64,000 nucleotides of DNA, taken from contig CAWIGR010000005.1 of the NCBI GenBank assembly GCA_963835705.1, positions 6,120 through 70,119 of the forward strand, written 5' to 3'. Source of the DNA: an uncultured Thermoleophilaceae bacterium. Lineage in GTDB: Bacteria > Actinomycetota > Thermoleophilia > Solirubrobacterales > Thermoleophilaceae. Of this stretch, positions 35,280 through 44,371 are shown one piece after another. Every line of letters begins with the position of its first letter. The stretch's first letter is position 1. The position numbers and the translations under genes were made by a program. A model generated the notes under the pieces. That model worked only from the letters and a program-made list of their open reading frames with translations. It did not search any database and had not been told where the DNA came from.

Positions 35280-36490
35280 ATGCGCCGCGTCTTCCTCACC
35301 TCCGCCGTCGCCCTGCTCGCCTTCCTGTCGCTCACCCCATCGGCCTGGGCAGAGTGGGTGTGGCCGCTCCGCGGCGAGGTGATCACGCCCTACCGCAACG
35401 GGGCGGACCCGTACGCCGCGGGCCAGCACCGCGGCATCGACATCGCCGGCGCGCCGGGGGCAACGGTCGTGGCCGCGGCGAGCGGCGAGGTCCGGTTCGC
35501 CGGCACGGCCGGCTCGTCGGGGCTGACGGTGAGCGTCCGCACCGGCGACGGCCGCTACGACACCTCGTATCTGCACCTGTCGGCGACGACGGTCCGCGAA
35601 GGCGACCGGGTCGCGGCCGGTGACCGGGTCGGCGCCGTAGGGACCACCGGCACCCGGTCCGCCGCGGCGCCGCATCTCCACTTCGGAGTACGCGACGCGC
35701 AAGCCGGCACGCCTACCACGACCCGCTCGCCTTCCTGCCGCCCCCGACGGCGACCCAGCCGCCACGCGAGGTGCCCGCCCCGCAACCTTCGCCGGTCCCG
35801 GTCGGCCCCGCTCCGGCGCCCGTGCCCGCGCCTGCGCCGAGCCCACGTCGCGTGCCGACGGGCACGCCGCGCCGCGTGCCCCTCCCGGCGCCGAGCCCGC
35901 GCCGCGTGCCTGCCGGAGCGCCGCGCCGCGTGCCTGCCGGAGCGCCGCGCCGCGTGCCCGCCGGAGCGCCGCGCCGCGTGCCGGCACCCGCGCCGGGCCC
36001 GCGCCATGTCCCGTCCGGAGCTCGGGGTCCAGTCCCCGCGGGTGCGCCCCGCCCGGTCCCGGCAGCTACGCCTCGGCCCGTCCCGGGAGGGGCGCCAAGC
36101 CCGCTCGAAGGCCCCGCGACACCAGCACATCCCGGCGAAGCAGCGGCCGGCGCGCCCGGCCAAGGGCGGGCCCACGTCCCCTGGCCCAGCGATGATTCCG
36201 CGTCGCCCAACGCTTCCGGCCAGGCGGCCCAACCAGGCGCAGACCCCGACCACGGCCCCTTGGCTGCCTCCTCCGGCCCCGCTCCCCGCGGGAACGTCTC
36301 ACCGGGCGAGGCGACACCCCATCTTGCACCCGCCGCACGCCCCGGCCCGGACCTCGGCCTCGCGCTGGCCTGCCTGGGGCTTGTCGCCGCCGCGGCCCTC
36401 CTTGGCCTGACCCGGAACGGCCAGAAGGCCACCAGCGCAACTCGACACCGCATCGCTGGCGTGCTGCACCCGATTCTCGGACGCCGGTAG
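35280..36490 (+). CDS. Secreted M23 (LytM-type) metallopeptidase with a Pro-rich repeat linker and C-terminal TM anchor, interrupted by a -1 frameshift at ~35690-35708
   Basis: The first frame has a signal peptide and the M23 motifs HRGIDIAG and PHLHFGV, then turns Arg-rich. The -1 frame reads HAYHDPLAFLPPP..., then (PRRVPAGA)n, then LGLALACLGLVAAAALLGL, to TAG 36490 with high GC3. Confidence 0.75.
35843..35998 (+). repeat. Tandem coding repeat, 24-bp core CCGCGCCGCGTGCCTGCCGGAGCG
   Basis: Three near-identical 24-bp copies lie at 35897-35968 (one mismatch in total), flanked by degenerate 24-30-bp copies. They encode PRRVPAGA-type octapeptides. Confidence 0.8.
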
Positions 36491-36542
36491 CTGCCGATGC
36501 GCCCGCGCCGTGGCCCTCCGGCCTGGGTAGCATCGGCTGTCA

Positions 36543-38066
36543 ATGCCGTACTACGTCACCACGCCCATCTACTACGTGAACGGCGAGCCGCATCTCGGCC
36601 ACGCCTACACCACGATCGCCGCCGACGTCCTGGCGCGGCATATGCGGCAGCGGGGAGAGGACGTCTTCTTCCTCACCGGTACCGACGAGCACGGCGAGCC
36701 CGTCACGCAGGCGGCCGAGAAGCTCGGCATCACCCCCCGGGAGCTCGGCGACCGCAACGCGGTCCGCTTCAAGGACCTCGCCGCCACGCTCGAGGTCACG
36801 AACGACTTCTTCATCCGCACCACCGATCCCGAGCACATGGCCAGGGTCGGAGAGGTGGTCCAGCGCATCTACGACAACGGCCACGTCTACGCCGGCACCT
36901 ACGAGGGCTGGTACTGCCCCCGCTGCGCCGACTTCAAGACCGACTCCGAGCTCGAGGACGGCAACCGCTGCCCCATCCACAAGATCGAGCTCGAGATCGA
37001 GAAGGAGGACAACTGGTTCTTCCGGCTGTCGACCTTCCAGGAGCCACTCGAGCGCCTCTACGCCGACCGGCCGGAGTTCGTCACGCCCCAGAACCGCTAC
37101 AACGAGGCGCTCTCGTTCATCAAGAGCGGCCTGCGCGACCTCTCGCTCAGCCGCGCCCGGCTGAAGTGGGGCGTGCCGGTGCCGTGGGACGAGTCCCAGG
37201 TCATCTACGTCTGGATCGACGCCCTCCTCAACTACTACACGGCCCTCTCCTACGCTCGCGAGGGCGAGGACCTCACCGGCCGCTTCTGGCCGGCCACCGT
37301 TCATCTGATCGGCAAGGACATCCTCAAGTTCCACGCCGTGATCTGGCCCGCCATGCTGATGGCGGCCGGGATCGAGGTGCCGCGCCGTGTGGGAATCCAC
37401 GGCTTCCTGCTGCTCGGCGAGCACAAGATGTCCAAGTCGCTCGGCAACGTGATCGAGCCCTTCCAGGTAGCCGAGCTGTACGGCGCCGACGCGCTCCGCT
37501 TCTACGTCCTGCGCGAGGTCAGCTTCGGCTCCGACGGCGAGGTATCGCCGGAGGGCTTCGAGACCCGCTACACGACAGAGCTCGCCAACGAGTACGGCAA
37601 CCTCGCCAGCCGCACGCTGGCGATGATCGACCGCTACCGCGATGGCACCGTGCCCGGTTCAGACCCGGACGCCGGTCTCGCGGACGATTTCGACGGCCTT
37701 TCCGAGGCTGTGCATCGACGCATCGACGAAGTCGAGCTCACCGGGGCGCTCGACGAGATCTGGCAGCGCATCAAGCGCCTCAACCGCTACGTGCAGGACG
37801 AGCAGCCCTGGCAGCTCGCCAAGGACGAGGCGCAGGCGGAGCGGCTCGATCAGGTGCTCTACTCGCTGGCCGAGGGACTGCGCGTGGTCTCCGTTCTCCT
37901 GCATCCGTTCATGCCGACTTCGGCCGAGCGGTTGCTCCGGGCGCTCGGGCGGGAGGACCTCTCGCTCGAGAGCGCCCGCTTCGGCGCCGTCGGAGGAGGC
38001 GCGCAGATCGGCGAGATCGGACAGTTGTTCCCGCGGGTGGAGACACCCGAGCCGTCCGCGGCGTGA
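36543..38066 (+). CDS. metG: Methionine--tRNA ligase (short form)
   Basis: 507 aa. HIGH-type HLGHAYT and KMSKS. Confidence 0.95.
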   Translation: MPYYVTTPIYYVNGEPHLGHAYTTIAADVLARHMRQRGEDVFFLTGTDEHGEPVTQAAEKLGITPRELGDRNAVRFKDLAATLEVTNDFFIRTTDPEHMARVGEVVQRIYDNGHVYAGTYEGWYCPRCADFKTDSELEDGNRCPIHKIELEIEKEDNWFFRLSTFQEPLERLYADRPEFVTPQNRYNEALSFIKSGLRDLSLSRARLKWGVPVPWDESQVIYVWIDALLNYYTALSYAREGEDLTGRFWPATVHLIGKDILKFHAVIWPAMLMAAGIEVPRRVGIHGFLLLGEHKMSKSLGNVIEPFQVAELYGADALRFYVLREVSFGSDGEVSPEGFETRYTTELANEYGNLASRTLAMIDRYRDGTVPGSDPDAGLADDFDGLSEAVHRRIDEVELTGALDEIWQRIKRLNRYVQDEQPWQLAKDEAQAERLDQVLYSLAEGLRVVSVLLHPFMPTSAERLLRALGREDLSLESARFGAVGGGAQIGEIGQLFPRVETPEPSAA

Positions 38067-38815
38067 TCGACACCCACTGCCACCTCGACCACTGCGACCC
38101 TTCGGACGCCGAGCTGGTCGAGCGTGCGCGCGCCGCGGGCCTCACCCGCCTGGCCACGGTTGGCACCAGCCCCGCCTCGGTCGAGCGGGCCCTCGAGGCG
38201 GCCGAGACGTACGAGGACGTGTTCGCGATCGTCGGCCGCCACCCTCACAACACGGAGGGCTTCGGCCCCGCGGACCTCGACGAGATCGAGCGCATGGCCG
38301 GCCACCCGCAGGTCAGGGCCCTCGGCGAGACGGGCCTCGACTACTACCGCGACTACGCCCGCCACACCGACCAGCGCCGCGCATTCGAGGCCCAGCTCGA
38401 CCTCGCCGCCCGCCTGAACCTGCCCGTGGCGATCCACACCCGCGCGGCCGAGGACGACACCTTCGCCATCCTGGCCGACCACGCGGCCGCCCTCCCTGCG
38501 GTGATCCTGCATTGCTTCTCGTCGCCGGATCGCCTCGACGAGGCCATCGAGCGCGGTTACCTCTGCTCGTTCGCCGGCAACGTCACCTACCCGAAGGCGA
38601 CCGACCTCCAGCGCGCCGCGACCGAGCTGCCGGGCGAGCTCCTGCTAGTCGAGACCGACGCGCCGTACCTCTCGCCCCAGGTGCTCCGCGGCAAGCCGAA
38701 CGAGCCGGCCAACGTCGTCCACACCGCGCATCACGTGGCGGGCCTGCGCGGCCTGTCCTACGAGGAGCTCGAGCGCACGGTGGAGAGCAACGCGGCCAGG
38801 GTGTTCGGATGGTGA
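38063..38815 (+). CDS. tatD: TatD family metal-dependent hydrolase/DNase
   Basis: GTG 38063 overlaps the metG stop (GTGA). VIDTHCHLD and ETDAPYL motifs. Confidence 0.88.
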   Translation: MIDTHCHLDHCDPSDAELVERARAAGLTRLATVGTSPASVERALEAAETYEDVFAIVGRHPHNTEGFGPADLDEIERMAGHPQVRALGETGLDYYRDYARHTDQRRAFEAQLDLAARLNLPVAIHTRAAEDDTFAILADHAAALPAVILHCFSSPDRLDEAIERGYLCSFAGNVTYPKATDLQRAATELPGELLLVETDAPYLSPQVLRGKPNEPANVVHTAHHVAGLRGLSYEELERTVESNAARVFGW

Positions 38816-39672
38816 GCGACGAGCCGCGCCAGGCCAGCCTGCGCCGGCTGCGGCGCTTCGAGGTGCGGCCGAATCGCGAGCTCGGCCAGAACTTCCTCAT
38901 CGACGACAACTTCCTCGGCGTGATCGGGCGAGCGGCGGAGCTTGCTCCCGACGACGTGGTCCTCGAGGTGGGCGGCGGGCTCGGCGTGCTGAGCGAGTAC
39001 CTCGCGGCTCGGGTGGATCACCTGCACGTGGTGGAGGTGGACCGCTTACTCGAACCGCCGCTCGCCGAGGCGCTCGCCCCGTTCGCCAACGCCACCCTCC
39101 ACCTGGCCGACGCCGTCAAGCTCGACCTCGCCTCGCTCGACCCCGCTCCGGGCAAGGTCGTGGCAAACCTGCCCTACGGCGTGGCGGCGACGGTCCTCCT
39201 GAAGTCGATCGCCGAGCTGCCCGGAGCGACGCTCTGGGTGGCGATGGTGCAGCGCGAGGTGGGCGACCGGCTGGCTGCGAGCCCCGGCGGCAAGTCCTAC
39301 GGCGCGACGTCCGTGCTCGCGCAGCTCGCCTGCGGGGTCCGCTTTCTGCGCCGCGTGCCGCGCACCGTCTTCCACCCCGAGCCGAACGTCGAGTCGGCCC
39401 TCCTGCTGATGCGCCGCCACGCGCCGGCGCCGCCCCCGGAGCTGATCGCGCTCGTGCACGCCGCATTCGCTCACCGCCGCAAGGCGCTCGCGGGATCGCT
39501 GGCGCTCGCGCCCGGTGCGGCGCCGGACTTGCGCGATGCCGCCCGGGATGCGCTGGAGGCGCTCGGCCGACCGCCCGACGCCCGCGCCGAGCAGCTCACC
39601 CCCGAGGAGTGGCCAAGCCTGGCCGCGGCGATCGGCCGAGAGCGCCTGACCCGCCTGCGGCCGCGGGCATGA
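38809..39672 (+). CDS. rsmA: 16S rRNA (adenine1518-N6/adenine1519-N6)-dimethyltransferase
   Basis: ATG 38809 overlaps the tatD end. LGQNFLID, VLEVGGGLGVLS and NLPYGV. Confidence 0.9.
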   Translation: MVSDEPRQASLRRLRRFEVRPNRELGQNFLIDDNFLGVIGRAAELAPDDVVLEVGGGLGVLSEYLAARVDHLHVVEVDRLLEPPLAEALAPFANATLHLADAVKLDLASLDPAPGKVVANLPYGVAATVLLKSIAELPGATLWVAMVQREVGDRLAASPGGKSYGATSVLAQLACGVRFLRRVPRTVFHPEPNVESALLLMRRHAPAPPPELIALVHAAFAHRRKALAGSLALAPGAAPDLRDAARDALEALGRPPDARAEQLTPEEWPSLAAAIGRERLTRLRPRA

Positions 39673-40538
39673 CCGGCCCCCGCGAGCCGGCCCCGCCTTC
39701 CGTCAGGGAGCGTGCCTACGCCAAGCTGAACCTCGTCCTGCACGTGGGCCGCCCTCGGCCGGACGGCCTCCACCCGATCTGCTCGATCTTCGCCTCGCTC
39801 GACCTCGCCGACGATCTCCTCGTCCGACCGAGCGACGCGCGCGCGGACACAATCGAGTGCGACGGCGTCGAAGGCCCGAACCTCGCCGCCGCCGCCCTGG
39901 CGGCCTTCCGGGCCGAGGTCCCGTCGCTCCCGCCGCTCCAGATGAGAATCGAGAAGCGAATCCCGGTGGCCGCCGGACTTGGTGGCGGCAGCGCCGACGC
40001 CGCCGCCGCCCTGCGCGCCGCCAACCGGCTCGCGGGCGAGCCGCTCGGCGCCGCCCGCCTACGCGAGGTCGCAGCGACGCTCGGCTCCGACGTGCCGAGC
40101 CAGGTCGAGCCGGGTCACGCGCTCGTCGCGGGCACGGGGGAGCTCGTCGAGCCGATCGGCCTGCCCCCGCTCGACGTGGTGCTCGTGCCGCAGGCGGAGG
40201 GCCTCTCGACGGCGGCGGTCTACGCCCAGCTCGACCGCATGGAAGGCTGGCGCGAGCGGCTCGACATGGAGGATCTCCGGGCCCTGCTCGACTCGAGCCC
40301 GTCCACCTGGGAGTCCGGTGTCGAAAACGACCTCCAGCCGGCGGCGCTGGCCCTCAGGCCCAATCTCGCCGCCGTGATCGACGGCCTGCGCGCCGCCGGC
40401 GCGGTGACCGCGGGAGTCAGCGGCTCCGGGCCCACCTGCTTCGGCGTGTTCGCCAACCGGGGCGTGGCCGAGGCCACCGCCGAGGCCATACCGGGCGCGT
40501 TCGTCACGTGCCTGCGCGAGCGCAGGGCGCGCCAGTAG
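39669..40538 (+). CDS. ispE: 4-diphosphocytidyl-2-C-methyl-D-erythritol kinase
   Basis: ATGA overlap with rsmA. AYAKLNLVLHV and the GHMP motif PVAAGLGGGSADAAA. Confidence 0.9.
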   Translation: MTGPREPAPPSVRERAYAKLNLVLHVGRPRPDGLHPICSIFASLDLADDLLVRPSDARADTIECDGVEGPNLAAAALAAFRAEVPSLPPLQMRIEKRIPVAAGLGGGSADAAAALRAANRLAGEPLGAARLREVAATLGSDVPSQVEPGHALVAGTGELVEPIGLPPLDVVLVPQAEGLSTAAVYAQLDRMEGWRERLDMEDLRALLDSSPSTWESGVENDLQPAALALRPNLAAVIDGLRAAGAVTAGVSGSGPTCFGVFANRGVAEATAEAIPGAFVTCLRERRARQ

Positions 40539-40558
40539 ACCTTCCCTAGAGTGCCAGC

Positions 40559-42145
40559 GTGTCCGCGCTGCAGATCGCCGCCGCCGTCGTGGCCGTGCTG
40601 ATCGCCGCCGGGACCGTGTGGGGACGCAGGCGGCTCAGCGGCGAGCGCAAGCTGCTCGCCGCCGGGCTCGTGGTGGTGCTGGCCGTCTACGCCAGCGGCG
40701 TGCTGTCCGCGCTCCCGGACCCGAAGGCGATCATCGACGACATCGCCCGGGCGCTCGGCCCGTGGACCTACGCGCTGGTGGGCGTGATGGCCTTCCTCGA
40801 GACGGGCGCCTTCGTCGGCCTGGTCGCGCCGGGTGAGACCGTGGTGATCGCGGGCGGCGTGATCGCCGGGCAGGGCGAGATCGACCTGGCGCCGCTGATC
40901 GGCCTCGTGTGGACCTGCGCCGTGCTCGGCGACACCACCAGCTTCTACCTCGGGCGGCGGCTCGGCCGCAGCTTCCTGGAGCGCCACGGCCCCAGGCTCA
41001 AGATCACCCCCGAGCGGCTGACCATGGTGGAGGGCTATTTCGACCGCCACGGCGGCAAGACCATCCTGATCGGGCGCTTCATCGGCCTGGTGCGGGCGCT
41101 CGCGCCCTTCATAGCCGGCACCTCCGGGATGCCCTACCGGCGATTCATCCCGTACAGCATCGTCGGAACGGGTCTGTGGGCCACAACCTTCTGCGTGCTG
41201 GGCTACATCTTCTGGCGCTCGTTCGACCAGGTCGCCCACATCGCCGGGCAGGCGATCTTCGGTTTCGGAGTCACGGTCGGCGTGATCGTGGGGATCGTGG
41301 TCGCGTACCGGCGCAGAGCTGAGATCTGGGCCTGGATCCTGGCCCACGAGCGCCACCCGCTGGTGCGCCCGCTCCTCGCGGTGTGGCGCCCGCTGCACCG
41401 CAGGATCCTCGACCCGCTCGGGCGTGCGATCCTGCCCGAGCTCCGCTTCCTCTGGGAGCGGCTCACGCCGGGCGGCCTCGGTCTCGAGCTGACCACCGTG
41501 ATGGCCATCGGAGGCGTCGGCCTCTACGTCTTCGGGCTCTACGTGCTCATCCTGTCGGGCGACCTCGGCCCTACCCCGCTCGACCGCGAGCTGCTCGACC
41601 TCGGCGACCGGATGCGCTCCGCGGTCGCTGTGGACGCCGCCAAGGTCGTCACGGCCCTGGGCTCGTTCCCGGCGTGCGCGACGGTCCTGGCCATCACCGC
41701 CGTGCTGCTGGCGGCGCGCAGGCGCCCGGCCGAGATCGTGGTGCTGTTGGGGGGCTTCGCGCTGATCTACATCGGCGTGCACCTGACCAAGGCCGGCATC
41801 GACCGCCCGCGCCCGGCCGCGCCGCTGACCGACTCGATGCAGTCCTCCTTCCCGAGCGGGCACGCCGCCTACGCGACCGCCTGGGTCGCCGCCGCGATGG
41901 TGTTCACCCGCAGGCTGGGGCTGGTGGGGCACCTGGCGCTTGTGATCGGCGCGATCGCGCTCACCGCGGCGATCGGCCTGTCGCGGATCTACCTGCGCGT
42001 GCACTACTGGTCGGACGTCGCGGCGGGCTGGGGCCTCGGCTTCGGGATCTTCGGGACCCTGGCCGCAATCGCGATGCTCGTCCAGCACATGCGCCACAAT
42101 GACGAGGAGCGCGCGCCGCGTCCGATCGCGCGCGCCCGTCGATGA
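40559..42145 (+). CDS. Bifunctional DedA-family / PAP2-family phosphatase membrane protein
   Basis: 528 aa. The N-terminal half has the DedA motif FLETGAFVGLVAPGETVV...GRFIGLVRALAPFIAG. The C-terminal half has PAP2 motifs KAGIDRPRP, SFPSGHA and SRIYLRVHYWSD. Confidence 0.85.
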   Translation: MSALQIAAAVVAVLIAAGTVWGRRRLSGERKLLAAGLVVVLAVYASGVLSALPDPKAIIDDIARALGPWTYALVGVMAFLETGAFVGLVAPGETVVIAGGVIAGQGEIDLAPLIGLVWTCAVLGDTTSFYLGRRLGRSFLERHGPRLKITPERLTMVEGYFDRHGGKTILIGRFIGLVRALAPFIAGTSGMPYRRFIPYSIVGTGLWATTFCVLGYIFWRSFDQVAHIAGQAIFGFGVTVGVIVGIVVAYRRRAEIWAWILAHERHPLVRPLLAVWRPLHRRILDPLGRAILPELRFLWERLTPGGLGLELTTVMAIGGVGLYVFGLYVLILSGDLGPTPLDRELLDLGDRMRSAVAVDAAKVVTALGSFPACATVLAITAVLLAARRRPAEIVVLLGGFALIYIGVHLTKAGIDRPRPAAPLTDSMQSSFPSGHAAYATAWVAAAMVFTRRLGLVGHLALVIGAIALTAAIGLSRIYLRVHYWSDVAAGWGLGFGIFGTLAAIAMLVQHMRHNDEERAPRPIARARR

Positions 42146-42366
42146 ACCTCGATTTCTCCTCGACCGAGATCGCGATCGCACTCGCCGCCGGCGTGGTGAT
42201 CGCGTGCTACGTCGCCTTGATCCTCGCCCCGGCGTGGCGCTGCTACGGCCGCGTCTGGGAACGGATCGCAGCGGGCTTCATGACTCTCTTCATCCTGGGC
42301 ACGATGCTCGGGATCGGGGTGGCGGTCGGGCTCGCGGTCGTCTGGACCTACGACACCTACGCCTGA
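42142..42366 (+). CDS. Small two-TM membrane protein (74 aa)
   Basis: ATGA overlap with the upstream gene and a 1-nt overlap with the downstream gene. It has two hydrophobic helices. Confidence 0.55.
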   Translation: MNLDFSSTEIAIALAAGVVIACYVALILAPAWRCYGRVWERIAAGFMTLFILGTMLGIGVAVGLAVVWTYDTYA

Positions 42367-43673
42367 TGCGCGGGGCTCCCAGCCACCACGGCGGCCCTGC
42401 TGCGGCGGCCGCCGAGTCGAGTTCGTTCCTCGAGGCGCTCGACGAGGTCTCCGAGGCGGTCGAGTCCGGTGCGGGCCTGCCGGCGGTCGCGCGGGCGGCG
42501 GGCCGGGCGCTCGGCGCGAGCGTGATCGTGCTCGACGCCTCGAGCGGCGTGCTGGCGGTGGCGTGCGAGTCGACCGAGGACGAGCGCGCCGTGATGGCCG
42601 GCGAGCGCGGGGCCGAGCGGGTCGAGCTTCGGGTGGCCGAGCTGCCGGTCGGCCAGCTTCGATTCCGGCCCCGCAGCGCACCGCCGGCGCCCGCCCTCCA
42701 GCGCCTGGTGGCCAACCTGATCGCGTTGGAGGTCGACCGAGCGAAGGCGCCCGCCCGAGCCACCGAGGCCGCCGTGGGGGACTTCCTCGAGGACCTGCTG
42801 TCGCGCCGGATCACCGATCGGGAGAACATCGTCGCCCGGGCCGGCGAGCTGGGCTGCGACCTGTCGGGCGGCGCCGGGGTATTCGTCGTCCGGGCGCGGC
42901 CCCACCAGCCCGAGGAGGGCGACTGGCGCGCCCGCGTGCTCACGGTCGCCGAGCGGGCGGCGCGGGCCGTGGAGCGGGCCTCGCTGGCGGCGCTGGCCGA
43001 GACCGGCTGGGCCCGCCACGGGAACGGGCCGAACGGGGAGGCAGGCCCCAATGCGGAGCGCGAGCTCGTGGTGATCGCCCCGTCGCAGGACGCCGCCACG
43101 GCGCGGCGCGTCGGCGCGGCCATCCTGCGCGAGCTCGAGGCGGGGCTGCCGGAGTTCACGGTCGTCGTGGCCCGCAGCCGTCACGCGAGCGACCCGGCCG
43201 ACCTCCATCGCGCCGGCGCCGAGGCGCTGCTCGCCGCCAACGTCGCCGAGGCGCGCGGCCTCGCCGAGCTCTCGTTCGAGGAGACCGGCGCGTACCGGCT
43301 GCTGCTCCCCGCGATGAGCGAGGACCCCACCGAGCTACAGGGCTTCTACGACGAGACGGTGGCGCCGCTCGTGGCCTACGACGAGCAGTACGAGACCGAG
43401 CTGGTCCGCACGCTCGAGACGTTCCTCGACGCGGACGGCAACGTGGCCGGCGCGGCGGAGCGGCTCTTCACACACCGGCACACGGTGCGCTACCGGCTCG
43501 AGCGAGTGAAGGAGCTGACCCGGCTCGACGTGAGCTCGACCGACGGCCGCGAGCGGCTGTCGCTGGGGCTGAAGGCGATGCGCGTGCTGGGCATCCTGCC
43601 CCCGGGCGGGCCGGCGCAGGAGAAGGGCGCCGAGGCCGGCCGGGTGCCGAGGGAGCGCAAGGACCGGCACTAG
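42366..43673 (+). CDS. PucR-family transcriptional regulator
   Basis: 435 aa. The C-terminal PucR HTH reads LFTHRHTVRYRLERVKELTRLD. Confidence 0.8.
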   Translation: MRGAPSHHGGPAAAAAESSSFLEALDEVSEAVESGAGLPAVARAAGRALGASVIVLDASSGVLAVACESTEDERAVMAGERGAERVELRVAELPVGQLRFRPRSAPPAPALQRLVANLIALEVDRAKAPARATEAAVGDFLEDLLSRRITDRENIVARAGELGCDLSGGAGVFVVRARPHQPEEGDWRARVLTVAERAARAVERASLAALAETGWARHGNGPNGEAGPNAERELVVIAPSQDAATARRVGAAILRELEAGLPEFTVVVARSRHASDPADLHRAGAEALLAANVAEARGLAELSFEETGAYRLLLPAMSEDPTELQGFYDETVAPLVAYDEQYETELVRTLETFLDADGNVAGAAERLFTHRHTVRYRLERVKELTRLDVSSTDGRERLSLGLKAMRVLGILPPGGPAQEKGAEAGRVPRERKDRH

Positions 43674-43686
43674 CATCGCCCGGCCT

Positions 43687-44169
43687 ATGAGCCAGCCCTT
43701 CGTGATCAACGTCGCCGACGCCCGCGCCCTTCGCTTCGAGGGCTCCGGCGCGTATGTGCCCTTCGAAGACCCGAACGACCGCTTCCCCGACTTCGGGATC
43801 AACATCCACATGCTGGGCCCGGGCGAGCCGAACGCGATGTACCACGAGGAGAGCAACCAGGAGGACTTCCTGGTGCTGGCCGGCGAGTGCAAGGCGATCC
43901 TGGACGGCGAGGAGCGAATGCTGAAGCAGTGGGACTTCGTCCACTGCCCGCCAGGCACCGAGCACGTCTTCGTGGGGGCGGGAACCGGCCCCTGCTGGAT
44001 CCTGATGGTGGGCGCGCGGAATACCGACGCGACGATCCATTACCCGGTGAGCGAGAAGGCCGCCGAGCACGGCGCCTCGGTGCGCGAGCCGACGGACAGC
44101 GCCAGAGAGGCCTACGCGGGCTGGTCGAGCGAGTTCGAGACGACGAAACTGCCCTGGCCGCCACACTAA
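43687..44169 (+). CDS. Cupin domain protein
   Basis: 160 aa. Cupin core HEESNQEDFLVLAGECKAILDGEERMLKQWDFVHCPPGTEHVFVG. Confidence 0.75.
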   Translation: MSQPFVINVADARALRFEGSGAYVPFEDPNDRFPDFGINIHMLGPGEPNAMYHEESNQEDFLVLAGECKAILDGEERMLKQWDFVHCPPGTEHVFVGAGTGPCWILMVGARNTDATIHYPVSEKAAEHGASVREPTDSAREAYAGWSSEFETTKLPWPPH

Positions 44170-44258
44170 CCACCCGGCTGCATTCCAAGCCTGGCTCCCG
44201 GTGGCCATTGAAGCGAGCTTGCCATGCAGCGGCGACTACGCTGTGGAGGCTGGGCCCC

Positions 44259-44333
44259 TGGGGAGTGGTCTAACGGGAAGACGCCAGCCTTTGGAGCTGT
44301 TTTGAGATCCCGGTTCGAATCCGGGCTCCCCAG
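44259..44333 (+). tRNA. tRNA-Gln (anticodon UUG)-like gene with an atypically long variable region
   Basis: Acceptor stem UGGGGAG/CUCCCCA with discriminator G. D arm GUCU-AACGGGA-AGAC. Anticodon loop CUUUGGA. T arm CCCGG-UUCGAAU-CCGGG. No encoded CCA. My hand fold leaves 8 nt between the anticodon and T stems. Confidence 0.65.
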
Positions 44334-44351
44334 TTCCGTCCGGCTCTTAGG

Positions 44352-44365
44352 GGAACATATGTTCG
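44352..44365. promoter_or_regulatory. LexA (SOS/Cheo) box GGAACATATGTTCG
   Basis: Perfect GAAC-N4-GTTC palindrome that matches 13 of 14 positions of CGAACATATGTTCG. It ends 6 nt before the HNH gene ATG and overlaps a TATGTT -10-like hexamer. Confidence 0.65.
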
Positions 44366-44371
44366 CCCAGG

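Noticed and set aside
35843-35998. Short tandem repeats considered as a possible CRISPR or other array.
   Set aside because: The units are contiguous 24-bp in-frame coding repeats with no spacers, inside a peptidase linker. This is not a CRISPR architecture.
40220-42181. 653-aa minus-strand ORF antisense to the DedA-PAP2 gene.
   Set aside because: It has charged low-complexity composition and no motifs, and the sense gene has DedA and PAP2 signatures.
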